A stretch of DNA of 63,367 bases, filler included, from Basidiobolus meristosporus CBS 931.73 (taxonomy: Eukaryota; Fungi; Basidiobolomycota): assembly GCA_002104905.1 (NCBI GenBank). It is 3 parts of 3 records of this genome, joined end to end, with 100 filler letters (N's around TTAATTAATTAA, not from the genome) between each part and the next. Parts side by side here need not be neighbours in the genome. Positions count along the whole stretch, not along the records: positions 28,573 to 53,961 come from MCFE01000931.1; 2 more parts are not named here. One strand, written 5' to 3'. This document shows positions 40,301-53,455 of this stretch, in pieces (the stretch's first letter is position 1; every line of letters begins with the position of its first letter). Below the pieces are notes generated by a model. The model was not told the DNA's origin and made no database searches. It saw nothing but the letters and a program-made list of their open reading frames with translations. Position numbers and translations under genes: made by a program.

Positions 40301-40557
40301 TGACTATACTGAGACCTTTGCACTGGTTGCCAAGTGTAATTCCATCAGACTAATATTGGCTATTGCAGCCAAATAAAAGTTTTTTATTCATTAAGTAGAT
40401 GTAAAAGCTTCATTTTTGACTGGAGAATTTGATGAGGACATGTATATGGACCAGCCTGATGGGATTGCTGACCAGGATAACTCCCATTTGGTCTGCAAGC
40501 TCAAAAAATCTCTATATAGATCCAAACAACCACCAAGAGTCTGGAACTGCAAGATAT
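37309..40557 (+). mobile_element. Copia element B (5' LTR 37309-37658, PBS GGTTATGAGCCC 37659-37670), nearly intact gag-pol, 3'-truncated within RT
   Basis: Knuckle CNYCKRKGHT, DSGASQH, HH-CC zinc motif, integrase ORF 38611..39684 (SDLCGP, SDNGREY, PQQNGVAE). Only a few in-frame stops. Confidence 0.94.
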
Positions 40558-41279
40558 CTGCGCCACTGCAAGATCTTAGCTTTGTATCATGCGCATTGCT
40601 TGTGCAATTGCCCAAAAACTTTGATCCTTCAGAAATTTCATATATATGACTTCTCCAGCTGAAAAATATAAGAGAGCCTTGCTTTCCAGAATCTCCACAC
40701 TACAATTACAAGTTTAAAGGTTATAAGACTTCCCCTATATCACTTGCACTGTTGAGTATTCTGACTTTGATTGGTATTACATCAGCAAAAAGACTGCAAA
40801 GCTCACAAGAATCCAATATAAGTTCTACAAGAAACTACCACTTTTCTGTTGGAAAAGTCCCCTCTCAGAAACCCCTTTACTCTAATGACACCCCTTTAGA
40901 CATCCCTTTAGGTCTAGAGATCCCTTTAGAGACTTCTACAACACACCCCTTTAGGTTAAAGGGGAGTACGTAATTTCCATAATAGGAAATATCTTCTCAG
41001 AAAGGAAAGTGACTTCCAAATAAGGAAAAGTCACTATAAAAGTAAAAAAGCCCATTTGCCAACAGAAGGTCAGAACACTGCTGTAGAAGTGAGAAACACT
41101 GCCTATAATGTATCATGATCCTAAGATTGAGGATATTGGTGAAAGTTATATCTTTTATAGGTATATCAAACTCCCTCAAGACTTTTTCAGTATTAGCATA
41201 CTGGAAGTTGTTGTATAATGTTGATTAGCCTCTACATTGCAGTATAAGCCCCAAACTAATCATAATACAACACAACAGA

Positions 41280-44200
41280 ATTCAAGAAAGCAACCAACCA
41301 TAGCACTTTCTAACACAGAAGCAGAGTATATAGTAGCCTCTGAAGCTACACAATAAGCAATGTGGTCAAGAAAGATTTTTGCACATTTAGGCCTATGTCA
41401 AAAAACACCTATTACTTTATTTCACAATAAACAAGGATGTATACAATTAGATAGTAATCAGATATCAATATTTTATCTTCAGTTGTTGAAGTATTTCCAT
41501 TTACAGGCTTTTTCTGCTGTCTATCTTTCTTTTTCAAGCACTGGTCTGATGTGTGTCCATGCCTTTTGCAAAACTGGTTGGTATTGCTTTTAAAAGGTCT
41601 TGGGTTTCTTCTTTGTTGGTGATCATTGCTGATTAAAGCATTTTTTCTTCCTTCTTATTGGCACTTGATTTTTTTAATTCTTCATCCAGGAGCCTCCCAT
41701 ATACATAATTTAAGGTCATATATTCAGCTCTGAGCACTAAGGCTGATACAAGGCCCTGAAATTTGTCTTTCAGGCTATTCAGGATGGTTACTATCACATC
41801 CTCATTAGTAATTTGTATGCCCAAAGATTCCATGTCATCCACCAGCAGGGTAATTCTGTTAATTAGATTTTTCATTTCTCCTCCTGGCAGCATCTTTGTA
41901 GTAAAAACTTTTGTGTCAGATACATTCTCTTAGCAGCTATACATGACTGATAGGCATCTTCTAATGCCTTCCAGGCATTTTTTACCATTTTTGCTCTAGA
42001 GCATTGAATTAGCAATTTGTCTCTGACATTATTCCAAATGCAGTTAAAGGCACTTGGTCCTTTCTTCTGGTACTTTAGAGCTTCCCCTCTCACATTTTTA
42101 GGAGGGCACTCTTCTCCCATGACTATATCCCAAAGGTCTCTATCATGTAGTAGCATCTTTATCATCACCTTTCACACTTAGTAATTAGATTCATCCAGCT
42201 TTTGAACAGAGGGAGAAATTCCAGTAATAGCAGTAGTAGACACTGCAGCAAATGACAGTTTAGAGCTCATAATGTATCACAAGAGACTTGGAGAAATTAG
42301 AAGTGATTTGGAGAATAATAAAAAATATGGTTTCACTTAATGATTTATTGAATGTAATAGTAGCGTTTATACTATGCATGGTCTTGGCATAAGAGACACT
42401 AAGAATAGGTTTAGGAAGGTCCCAAGAGCTCATGTGCAACATTTGGGGCTGTTTGGACAACTTAGAATATATCACCAGAATATCATATTCCCTGAGCATG
42501 AAAATTCTTTCGGTAAATCCCAACCAGGAGTTTGGTCAGTATACAATAGGATCTGAAGGTAAAGATCTAATGACTAAGCTAGGTAAGTATTTTGGTGAAG
42601 TTACAAATTATTACAGTAAGAGTATCCCATAAAAACTGGTTTGGAAGTATCATAGATGTACCTTAGGCAGATATCAGCAGCTCCAGTTAGGTATCTGAAA
42701 ATCTGCTTAACTGCTGCAATATGATCAGATCCATTGTTCTGATTGAGCTGGCTAATAACTCCCACTGATTATGAGATATCTGGACATGTTCCAAGCCTGA
42801 TACACAAAAGACTACCAATCATTGGGTGATTATGAAAGTCAGGGCTTGCAAATGGCCCTAAGCTCACTTGACTTGGTTGAGTTTTGGCCAAGCTAAGGTC
42901 TGTCTACATTGGGGTAGCCACTAGTTTACAGTCATCCATATGCTACTTCATTAGTATATCTTAAATATACTTGGATTTTCTTAGGGTAATAGTCTGGGTA
43001 CTTCTGTCAATGGAGAACTTTACTCCCAAGTAGTAACTGAACTCTCCTATATTGAACATCTTGAACTCCTTAGATAGGCTGGATCTAGTCTCTTCCATTG
43101 TTTCAAGGTTACTGGAGGCTCTAAGCAATCATCCACATATAGAGCTAATAGAACTGGATTTGCTCCATGCACCTGTAGTATTTACTATAGTCAGCATCAC
43201 TCCTTTGGAAATACAAAGATTCCAAATAAGAGTCTATTGTGCAATTCCAGACTCTTGGTGGTTGTTTGGATCCATATACAGATTATTTAAGCTTGCAGAC
43301 CAAATGGGGGTTATCCTGGTCAATACACCTGTCAGGCTGGCTCAGGTATATGTCCTCATCAAGTTCTCCATTTAAAAGTGCTGCTTTTACATCTGTGTGA
43401 TGAATACAAGCTAATATTTGGCTGCAATTGCTAATATTAATCCAATGGAATATACTTGGCTGACAATGCAAAGATCCCAGTATAGTAAGTCCTATTGTTT
43501 GAGAATATCCTTTGGTCACAGTTCTTGCTTTGTATCTTTCAGTTGAGCCATCAGCTTTGTATTTTGTCATGAAGACCTATCTGCATCCAATTGAATTTTG
43601 ATTGATTGCTAATTTGACTAAGCCCCAAGTTTGATTTTATATCTGGACCAGATCCTTTTCAATTATTGTAGATCTCCAAAACCTTGTATAAGGGCTGTTT
43701 AGAGCCTCTTTTACAGTCTAGGGCTCATCATTATGGACTGAATAGGCAAAGGCAAAGTTATTGCCCTCAATGATATAGTAATTTGGGGTATTTCTGGTCC
43801 ACTTGGATCTTCTGACTTAGAATTCTGCAATGATAACTTTTGGGATATTCCTAGGCACTAGGTCAGGCTAAGCCATAGTTAAAGAGGCCATGGCAGTCAA
43901 AAAATTTTCATTGTTATGCTGCAATTCAATCCTGACTATTGGTGTGCATGAGATCAAGTTGTGTGTTACTATCTGAAGAAATATTTGTTGGAATTTTGAA
44001 TTTTCATCAGACAACACATCCCTGAGCTTGATCAGCTACTTTGCTTTTGTAAAGTAGAGTCTGTATGCATCACTCCCATTGAAATAGCACAATAATATTC
44101 ATTGTACACTTCCTGGCTCAAATTTTGACTGATTTCTGGGCAGCGTCCTGGTATAGGCTGTAAGCCCAAATTGTTGTATGTTCTGCACCTAGTCTATACC

Positions 44201-45040
44201 CATATCATGCCTCTCATAGAGTAAAATCACAAAGTATCCTGTTATAAATCCTATTTCAAAGGTACACAGCTGTAGTAATTGATTCAACCAAAAACCACAG
44301 GATATTTTTTGATCATGGATCTTAGAGCTTGCCACATCAATTTTTGATCTGTTTGCACATTCTGCCACTCCATTTTGCTATGGGGAGTATGGTACAGTAG
44401 TGTCTTGCTTTATCCCATGAATGTTGCAGAAATGGATAAAGAGTAATGAAGTATACTCTCTACCATTGTCAGAGCCTATTTTCTTGATTTTTTGACCAGC
44501 ATCCTCCGCACCATTGATTTAAGCTCCCTGAACTTAGATAGAGGCTCTTCCTTTCTCTCTATGAAGTAGACCTACATCTGTCTTATATAAACATTGGTGC
44601 GTAATGTGTTGAGATAACTTTTGTCAATGTGCCTCATCAGAAAATCCTTGTTTGTGGTCATATTTAGTGCAGATGTGGATAGTCTGTCTTCAGTTATTGC
44701 AGCATTTCCATTTTCAGGCTGCTTTTGCTGATTATCTCTGTTCTTGAAGCACCAGCTTAGTGTGTGTCTTTTCCTTTTGCAGTAGCTGCAAAACAGGTTG
44801 CAGTTGCCTTGAAAGGGTCCTGAGTATCTCCTTTGTGGGTTGTATTCCATACCAAAGCATCTACCTCTTTGCTCTTATTGACCATGGACTTTCTTAATTT
44901 TTTGTCCAGGAGCCTTCCAAATATTTAATTTAAGGTCAAATCTTCAGTTCTGGATTCTAGGGCTGATACAAGGCCTTGAAACCTATCTTTCAGGCTATTT
45001 AGGATGGTAACTGTGACATCCTCATTAGTTGTTGGTAAGA
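41280..45040 (-). mobile_element. Cluster of heavily degenerate copia fragments (gag 41600-42260, LTR ~42275-42618, RT 42640-43760, integrase 44000-44570, gag 44570-45030; short + strand RNase H piece at 41280-41460)
   Basis: ORFs 41633..41893, 41872..42168, 43283..43570 and 44572..44850 are diverged copies of the element A/B proteins. Confidence 0.8.
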
Positions 45041-45239
45041 TTCTATTATATCCAGTGGCAGGGTAATTATTTTTATCAGAGTTTTCATTTCCAAGTGAGA
45101 AGGCGCAGGAAGATTTGGACAGAATAAACACAAGTCTTTATTATCTCTCTACCTTTGACTGGAAGCTATTCTGAACCAAGTTGTACCAACTTGACCTAAA
45201 AGCTCTCCTACTCACCAAGTACAGTTAGTAATAACCCAC

Positions 45240-48200
45240 ATATTTGGTGCTGTCTCTGCAGAAATAAGCACATTAAGGTAATTACTACTACAATCAGACT
45301 AAAAATGTTCAAGGGAAAGAGAGAAAGCCCCTGAGTGGTTGGATAAGCTTGAGAGAGTGGCAGCTGATGCAGGATGGGTCAGCAATAAGAAAGTAAGGGA
45401 GTTTGCAAGACATATGGAGGGTCAGCATGGCAATGGCATTATGGGTTGGAGGATGCAGTTAAAGACAACTGGGATGCACTAGAAGAAACCTACAAGTCAT
45501 GCTTTCTATATGCTGAAGGATACCATTACAGAGCCCTTCTACTGTCTTCACAAAAGAAAAGCAGTGAGAGCTATGAAGCCTACACTGAACTGTTTCTCCG
45601 ACAAGTTTGATGTCAACCAAAGGACAAAATTGCCAAACAACAGCTCATGAGGTATTACATCATGGGCATAGACAACAAAATAAGATGTAGGGCAACTGAA
45701 GTACAACAGGGATGTGAAACTTTGCAAGAGTTGATCAAACAAGTACAAGGGGTCCTCTTGCTATGGGGGCTACCCTATAGTGATACAAATGATTGAAGGA
45801 CAGGGAACCCCTTTGAGAAGGGAAATATTGCCTTCCCAAAAGACTGTGAGTTGTAGGAATTATGGCAAAAGGTCCAAGAACTCTTGATCAACAATGTCTA
45901 AGAAGTCCCCAAAGAAGGTGATAAACTCTGGGAAGCTGTTATAGATCTAAAGGCCCAGGTACAAGCCCTGACCTAACAGATGGAACAACTGCAATAACGG
46001 TACCTGTGCTAAATATGTGGCAAAGTAGGCCACCAAGCCCACAATGTGAAAAACGGAATGGACAAGAACCTGTACCAGACACAAAAGAGAAGAAGGCAGC
46101 AAAGACAGAGTTCCTTGCCAGGAGGCCAACAGGACTCAGCCAATCTAAGCCCTCCAGTCAGAACAGTTGAAGTGCAGAAGAAGAAGCATTGACATGATGC
46201 TTCAAGAGAGGAGGCAAAGGAACCAGTGTGGTGGTGTATACGTCCAAGGGAGAGATATGTCCAACACTTCTCAAGTGTCTTGTGTGTGGGGTGATCACTG
46301 GGTGCAATAACCTCTGGCAAAAGCTTGCTAGGAATACTTGGGTTCTGTCTCTAGTCTAATGTGAAGGGGAATAAAGCCACAAGCTTGTCAAGGGAAAACT
46401 ATTGAGCTACAATCCCCAACTTGGTTGGCATCTTAACAAAAGTATGTGCTGGGTTCAGTGTCCTTTGAGATGACAATGTACTAAAGCTTCCAAAGTCAAA
46501 ACAACTGTAAACTCCACCAGCAGGGACTTGATAAGAATGCAGCTGTGGTCAATAGTTACAAAGACAGAAAAGTATCTTTGCCTGTACAAGAACAAACTTG
46601 GGAAAGAATCAAATATAACAAAAGGTACCTACTCTGAGTATTCCTCACAAGTAGTGCCTCCAAGGTCAGTTGGCTGTCAGCACGGTTTCCTGGGAGTGTC
46701 CTATGGTCTGGGGTTGGAAGTTCAGGTAGCAGCAGGTAGCAGTGATCACACTAATCAACAAGTTGGTACATTGATAAAAGAGATGATGATTTATTGTTGA
46801 GGGATAGCCTCACTTATATACTTTTTGTACTGGCTAAGTGATTACTAATCATGGTGTTCCAGAAGGTTCCGGATATCAATAGAAATCTTCATGACATCAG
46901 AATGATCTAAGAATGTTCTAAGTAGGTGCCAGAAGGTTCTAAGAGGCACAGCACATCCAACCAATCAGGAATCAGTATTCTGAAACCTGTGTAACATAGG
47001 GATACCATATATGGTATGGAAATGGTAGGTATGGTGACACAGGTTGATCATGTGTCACAGGTACTGGCGTGAGTACTTGCCTAATATAGAAGCACTTATA
47101 GCTAGTAATCTACATAAAGTGAGGGGTAACTTATGCAATAAGGTAAGCAGGTGTGATAGTCAACCGGCTTATGGGATAGTACTGATTGGGTAAGACAAAT
47201 GGGATAAAACTAAAATAAATGTAGTAGAGATATAGGGAAGTAGAAAATGAGGGAATGAGCACATCTGTCAGTGGGTGTCACTGTCACCCCATTACACTGG
47301 TGGTAGAGGTTCCATCAGCAGGAAAGAATGCAGAATTAGGTGAAGAGGTATGGAATGAGCCTTGGGAAGAAGTGTTGAAGCAAACAAAGAATGCTAGTAC
47401 ATCTTCCCATAGCCTATTCCCCATAATGAAGGTACTAGAGCAAACCAAGGGAACCCTAACAATAACCAACTTACTGGTACTTGCCCTGGCTCTAGTCAAG
47501 GAACTGATAGAGGGATTGAAGGAGATAACAACCCTTCATATCAACCAGACAGTCCTACAAAAGCCAAATAAAGGTACATATGTAAAGGTATGTATAGAGA
47601 ATATGGAGATTCTTGCCCTTATTGACACAGGATCCTCTACATTGGTCATATCAGAGTCATTAGCAAAATGTCTAAGTTAGATATAGTCCCCAACAACACC
47701 ATTGAGATATGGCTAGCAAATGACCAACTGGACACAACAGTAGGAGTAGTGCCTAATTGCCCCATCCAGCTAGGCAACTTGATTATACACCAAAATGTTG
47801 TGTTCCTACCGGTTGCATCCAACAACTTACTTATTGCAAGAGTTGGTTAATCCAACATAAGATGGATATACTCTACAGTGCATCTGAACTCAGGTGGGAT
47901 ACCAAGAGTATTCCACTGATTCATATTGCCAATGAGAGCAAGGCACATAGCAACAGTGTGACAATTGAATAGGCAAAATCATTGCAGTCTCCAATCATCA
48001 CACAAAAGGTGATAAAAATACCACCAGCCAGTGAGACAGTGATCTCATTAGAGACACCAATAGCTTATTTAACAAGCAGAAGAATGATAACTGCAATGAA
48101 GGCATCCAAACAGCTGGAAGGAATCTTAAACCCTAAAGTATGGATACCGCCAAAATTTGAAATGCAAAGTCTGAAGTGCTAGTGGTCAGCAACAGGTAAC

Positions 48201-49019
48201 ATACAATGATATTGCCTAGGGGAGTACCATTGTTAAACCTAGAGGAAGTGGATGGAAACAACCAAGGACCACCTACAAACAAGGAACCAGAAGAAGAACT
48301 CCCCAAACTAGATGTGGACCCCGGTCTGATGCCTGCATTACAAGACAAATTCCTAGAAGGAGTATGCCCGCTTGCCCAAGTATTCTCTAAGAACCAAGTA
48401 ATTGGTCATATACCTGGAGTATATCAAGTTCTTGGCAGATGAGATATACCCATCTACTTCACTCCTAAAAGCCATTCAAGATACACCTGCACCAAAGGAT
48501 ATCAATGCAGTGTTGGGATTCCTAGGGTTAGCAGGCTACTATTGCCACTTTGTCAAAAACTTTGCAACAATAGCAGCCCCCCTATACAAATTGATGCAAA
48601 AAGGCCAGTGTTTTGTGTGGTTGGAGCCTCAAAAGAGAGCATTTGATCAGCTGAAACATTCCCTGATGTCAGCACCAGTATTACATTTTATGCAAGATTT
48701 CTTATTAACTGTGATGGAAGTCTCACCAGCAAAGGTGCTGTACTGGAACAATATCACCAACCTGGCAAATTCCACCCAATCAGTCATGTGAGCTGTTTGC
48801 TAAACAAACACAAACATCACTACCCTGTTACCAAGGTATAATGTCTGGCTGTTGTTTATTCAATTAAGCAATTCCACACATACATACATGGTTGCAAACT
48901 CACTATAGTAACAGACACAGCTCCCTGGTCTGGCTGATGAAAACTAAAGACTTTACTGGTCAACTAGCACATTGGGCCCTCCAACCACATGAATACAACT
49001 TCAAAATAATTCATTGCGC
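45240..49019 (+). mobile_element. Degenerate Ty3/gypsy element (gag-like, aspartic protease, RT-RNase H linker, RNase H), hosting two LTR insertions
   Basis: ALIDTGSSTLVISESLA protease. FLGLAGYYCHFVKNFATIAAPLYKL..FVW..Q..AFDQLKHSL.SAPVL linker. HSSLVWL..TKD..GQLAHWAL...EYNFKIIH RNase H. RT core not recognisable. Confidence 0.82.
46227..47296 (-). repeat. Gypsy-family solo LTR, copy c
   Basis: Reverse complement of copy b. Flanks CCAG / CTGG. Confidence 0.92.
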
Positions 49020-50227
49020 TGTGGTGGTGTATAAGTCCAAGGGAGAGATATGTCCAACACTTCTCAAGTGTTTTGTGTGTGGGGTGTTCACTGGGTGCGA
49101 TAACCTCTGGCAAAAGCTTGCTAGGAATACTTGGGTTCTGTCTCTAGTCTAATGTGAAGGGGAATAAAGCCACAAGCTTGTCAAAGGAAAACTATTGAGC
49201 TACAATCCCCAACTTAGTTGGCGTCTTAACAAAAGTATGTGCTGGGTTCAGCGTCCTTTGAGATGACAATGTACTAAAGCTTCCAAAGTCAAAACAACTG
49301 TAAACTCCACCAGCAGGGACTTGATAAGAATGCAGCTGTGGTCAATAGTTACAAAGACAGAAAAGTATCTTTGCCTGTACAAGAACAAACTTGGGAAAGA
49401 ATCAAATATAATAAAAGATACCTACTCTGAGTATTCCTCACAAGTAGTGCCTCCAAGGTCAGTTGGCTGTCAGCACGGTTTCCTGAAGGTGTCCTGTGGT
49501 CTGGGGTTGGAAGTTCAGGTAGCAGCAGGTAGCAGTGATCACACTAATCAACAAGTCGGTATATTGATAAAAGGGATGATGATTTATTGTTGAGGGATAG
49601 CCTCCCTTATATACTTTTCTTACTGGCTAAGTGATTACTAATCATGGTGTTCCAGAAGGTTCCGGATATCAATAGAAATCTTCATGACATCAGAATGACC
49701 TAAGAATGTTCTAAGTAGGTGCCGGAAGGTTCTAAGAGGCACAGCACATCCAACCAATCAGGAATCAGTATTCTGAAACCTGTGTAACATGGGGATACCA
49801 TATATGGTATGGAAATGGTAGGGATGGTGACACGGGTTGATCATATGTCACAGGTACTGGCGCGGGTACTTGCCTAATATAGAAGCACTTATAGCTAGTA
49901 ATCTTACATAAAGTGAGGGGTAACTTATGCAATAAGGTAAGCAGGTGTGATAGTCAACCGGCTTATTGGATAGTACTGATTGGGTAAGACAAATGGGATA
50001 ATACTAAAATAAGTGTAGTAGAGATATAGGGAAGTAGAAAATAAGGGAATGAGCACATCTGTCAGTGGGTGTCACTGTCACCCCACTACATCCACCCCCC
50101 TCTAAGCTTTGAACTTGGGTCAAAGCAAACTAATCTTGATGTGCAAAATTCCTATGCTTGAATAACTTAAGTTGGTTTCCAGCAACTGGTGCTCTCAACT
50201 GGGTGTTGTCAAGCTCAGATATGTAAT
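49020..50227 (-). mobile_element. 3' end of the gypsy element that owns the 1.07-kb LTR: 3' LTR 49020-50090, PPT 50091-50103, integrase C-terminus (continues at 53884-53961)
   Basis: The minus strand reads AGAGGGGGGTGGA immediately before TGTAGTGGGG. Joining across Harbinger copy 2 gives KWTGPYLISKVIGNGS-YYISELDNTQLRAPVAGNQLKLFKHR, a gypsy integrase tail. This fixes the sense orientation of the LTR. Confidence 0.85.
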
Positions 50228-50970
50228 AGACTTGTTCCATTGTACCGTGCCAGGGCGCGCGGCGCGATCCGCGGTTGCAAAGAACGATCGGGTGCGATAT
50301 TATAGCTACCAGAAGGCAGGATTGTTCTTGGACAATTTTGCACCATGCGGGACGATCTCGCACACTATGGCACAATCTGACACAATGAGGTTGGCGCGGA
50401 TGATTGCGCCAACTTGTAATGCTTGCATCACGTGGGCGATTGGATACCGCTAAAATGGCAGGTAAAATCCGGTATTTGGATATGTTTCTTTAATGTAAAT
50501 GGAAATAAATGTGTATCACACTATAAACTACACTGATACTTACCATTTTGGTTACCCTCACTCCAATTGGACGGTATCTCAGTGGTTAATTGGTCCAAAA
50601 GTATCCTGAAGCTGGCAGCCCCCAATTGGCTCATTGACTACTGAAAAAGCTACCTGATTTGCCATCAAATATCCCATTTTGCCCATTGAGCAAGTAAATC
50701 CCTGATCCTAGTGATTGGGCAAGGTGTCATAGCTAGCACGCAAGCAATCGTGTAGGTGCAAAACAGATCCAATAGCTGCACTGGTATTACAGATGACGTA
50801 TATATATGCAGGGTGTTTATTTATAGGGGTTCTGTCTCAAATGTGAGATGACCTTGATATTACTTATATCAAAAATTTGATGATCACTGATTTGCGATGG
50901 CTTGATTTGGATCGCAAAAAAAAAGGATTGTCGGGATCATTACAAATGTGAGCGATTCAAAGCTATTGCA

Positions 50971-52211
50971 TCATCTTCTCCTGGGTTTTTTTCTCACAGG
51001 GATTACTACTGAAGCATTTGGTAGTGACTCACTTTGCACACCTATACTACTTCCTGGCTGACTATCATCTTGGCTACTTGTGTATTTGTAGTCAGTATTT
51101 TGCCTCCTAGTTGATGAGTGCAATGCTGCAGCTTGGCCGCGCTGAATTGCTCCAACTGAACCAACTGTACCAACTGAACTGGCCTGTAGTGCCACGCGCT
51201 GACGCGTTCTTTTACTTGCCAAGGGCTCTGGTGGTTGAGTCACTTCATGTTGGTCATCATCAGTCAGTTCACCAGAAGTAACTCGCTGATGGTCAGGCAA
51301 AATGGCAGGCGCAGGCACGCCTTGACGCGTTGAGATGGCCCTTGGCTGAGTTTGATGTGATGCCGCATGTTGACGCGACTCAGTCCGCTCCAATGGACTT
51401 GTGTCTAAATGAGCAGTTTGGCGAGTTCTGGTAGTTTGCTCTGAAGCGCGCGCGTTGACTTGACGCGGGGCGTTCTGGTAAAGGGTGTTGGCGTGGTCTG
51501 GACTGACGTGCGCTGGCGCGCTGTGGTTGCAAGAGATGGTAGAGAATCCAGCGAGGCGTGCTGGCGCGATCTGGACGATGTTGCTTGCGGTCTGTATTCT
51601 TTCTCCTGAAGCTCACCATCTGATTCCTCAAGGTATTCACTTACCCTCTATCTGATACTTTGGAGCTGTTGCCTGGATGAGTCCTGTGTATATTGCTCTT
51701 GGAAGCCACTTAGCTCTACTAATATATCACGTAGTACATTAGTCATTTGAGGCAAAAACTCATTCAAAATCTCTTTGGTTCCCAAAGTTGAGGCACAAAC
51801 AGACGCATCCGGCCCGTACTGTGCAAATTGTGCGCAAAATCGTTCCCGCGCGGCTTCCTTGTCAGATCCCCTCACTCTCAGCTCATTCTTGATTTCAATA
51901 CTTGTCTTGTTATATATCTTTTTACATACATCAGCTGGCATCTTGATGTAGAACTCATGCCACAGCTTTCTACTCAAATTCTTCCATCTTTGTCGACTCT
52001 CTGAGGTATCTAGTTCTGCTAGATTAATCAGTAGTGCCCAAATATCTGTATGAAGGCTCATTATAGACACTTGGGCTATACTAAAATCATTTGGCAAGAA
52101 CTCAAACGGATCCGACATTGACTTTTCCGGTCCAGACCCCGCTTGTGAGCTGGGGGATGGGTTTTGTCTGGGTTGTACTAAAGATGAGTTGAGGCTTGGT
52201 ATGGGGACCAT
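50971..52211 (-). pseudogene. Harbinger accessory (Myb/MADF-like) ORF, copy 2, with one stop and one frameshift
   Basis: ORFs 51648..52211, 51380..51640 and 50971..51393 align with copy 1 (26245-27486). Confidence 0.7.
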
Positions 52212-52570
52212 AGCAACGGATTTGGATACTTATACAGCAGTATATTGGCATCAACCTGGTCTTATATGAAATATATATGAAAACTAAAGTGATTGTTGAA
52301 TTTTCCATATATTATGCATGATGCATCTTGGATCACGTTGACACGGATCAGATCACATCAATCGCAGATTTCCTATTTGATTATAGACCTATGATTAAAG
52401 CATCAATAAAAGTACCAGGGCATTGTTTGCGGATGATTTTTGTGATATAATGATGGGATACATGGCAATTGATGGAGATTTAACCATAATGTGTTAAAAA
52501 TCAGATAAATAACGCAGATCGCGCCAAATTGATTCAAACCGCCTCCATACAATCATCCATCAATTTTAAT

Positions 52571-53455
52571 ATGACTTACTCATCTGAATGGTCTTTTCTC
52601 ATCAATCCCATCACTACCACTGGATTTCCTTTTGACACACTGGAGGAGATCTATTCCAAGTACTGTGGACCATCAACCCCAATCTACTCAAGGAGATCCC
52701 TTGTTAAGCTTCTCTGCTATTACAAGAACTATTGCCCTACAAGTTTTCATCCCACCATCCATGGCAACAAAAGTCCTAGAAGCTTTCATTTCCAGCTGAC
52801 AGCAATGGAGAACCACCTTGCAGAGGGTATGAATGACTTAGAGCAAGCTTGGAATACTAGGTTCAGAAGCTCCAATAGACTTCCATATCCCAGAGTGTTC
52901 AGCAACAGGTTCCATATCAGGAGTATTTTGGATACCTTCCCAGTGAGGATTAATAGACCTTCTAGAGGGCAGAGGCACTTTTATTCTGGCAAGTACAAGG
53001 CACACTGTGTGAAGTTTTAAGCACTGTCTGACATTGAGGGTAACATCATCTGGTTTAGTGGGCCATTTGCTGGAAGTAGGCATGACAAAGCACTCTGGGT
53101 AGAGAATCATCCTGAATTCAGTAGAGGGGAGAAATGTATGGCAGACTTGGCCTATATAGGAGAGGATTGTCAGAGATTAGGATGTATTACAGCTTATAGG
53201 AAGCCAAGGAATGGTGTGCTTAGCAGGAAGCAGAAGCTCTACAATGAGATATTTAATCATTTCAGAGTAAGGGTAGAGCACACATTTGGATATCTGAAGA
53301 GATTCAGCATACTGGCAGGTAAATACAGAGGAAAGTCATATATAGGAGAAAACAGCAGAATAGGTAAAATAGTTAAGATACTTATCAATGCACAGTATGT
53401 TCATACAAGAAGACATCCACTGAGAGAAATGTGTCTGGAGCATTATGAAGAGTAA
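52571..53455 (+). pseudogene. Harbinger DDE transposase, copy 2, one premature stop
   Basis: ORFs 52529..53020 and 53138..53455. TAA at 53018-53020 where copy 1 has CAA. Confidence 0.9.

Noticed and set aside
20700-53020. Frequent CAA/CAG to TAA/TAG stops in TE copies suggesting ascomycete-type RIP (CpA)
   Set aside because: Ascertainment bias: any coding-strand C-to-T nonsense change must be in CpA or CpG context. A full context spectrum from aligned copies is needed.
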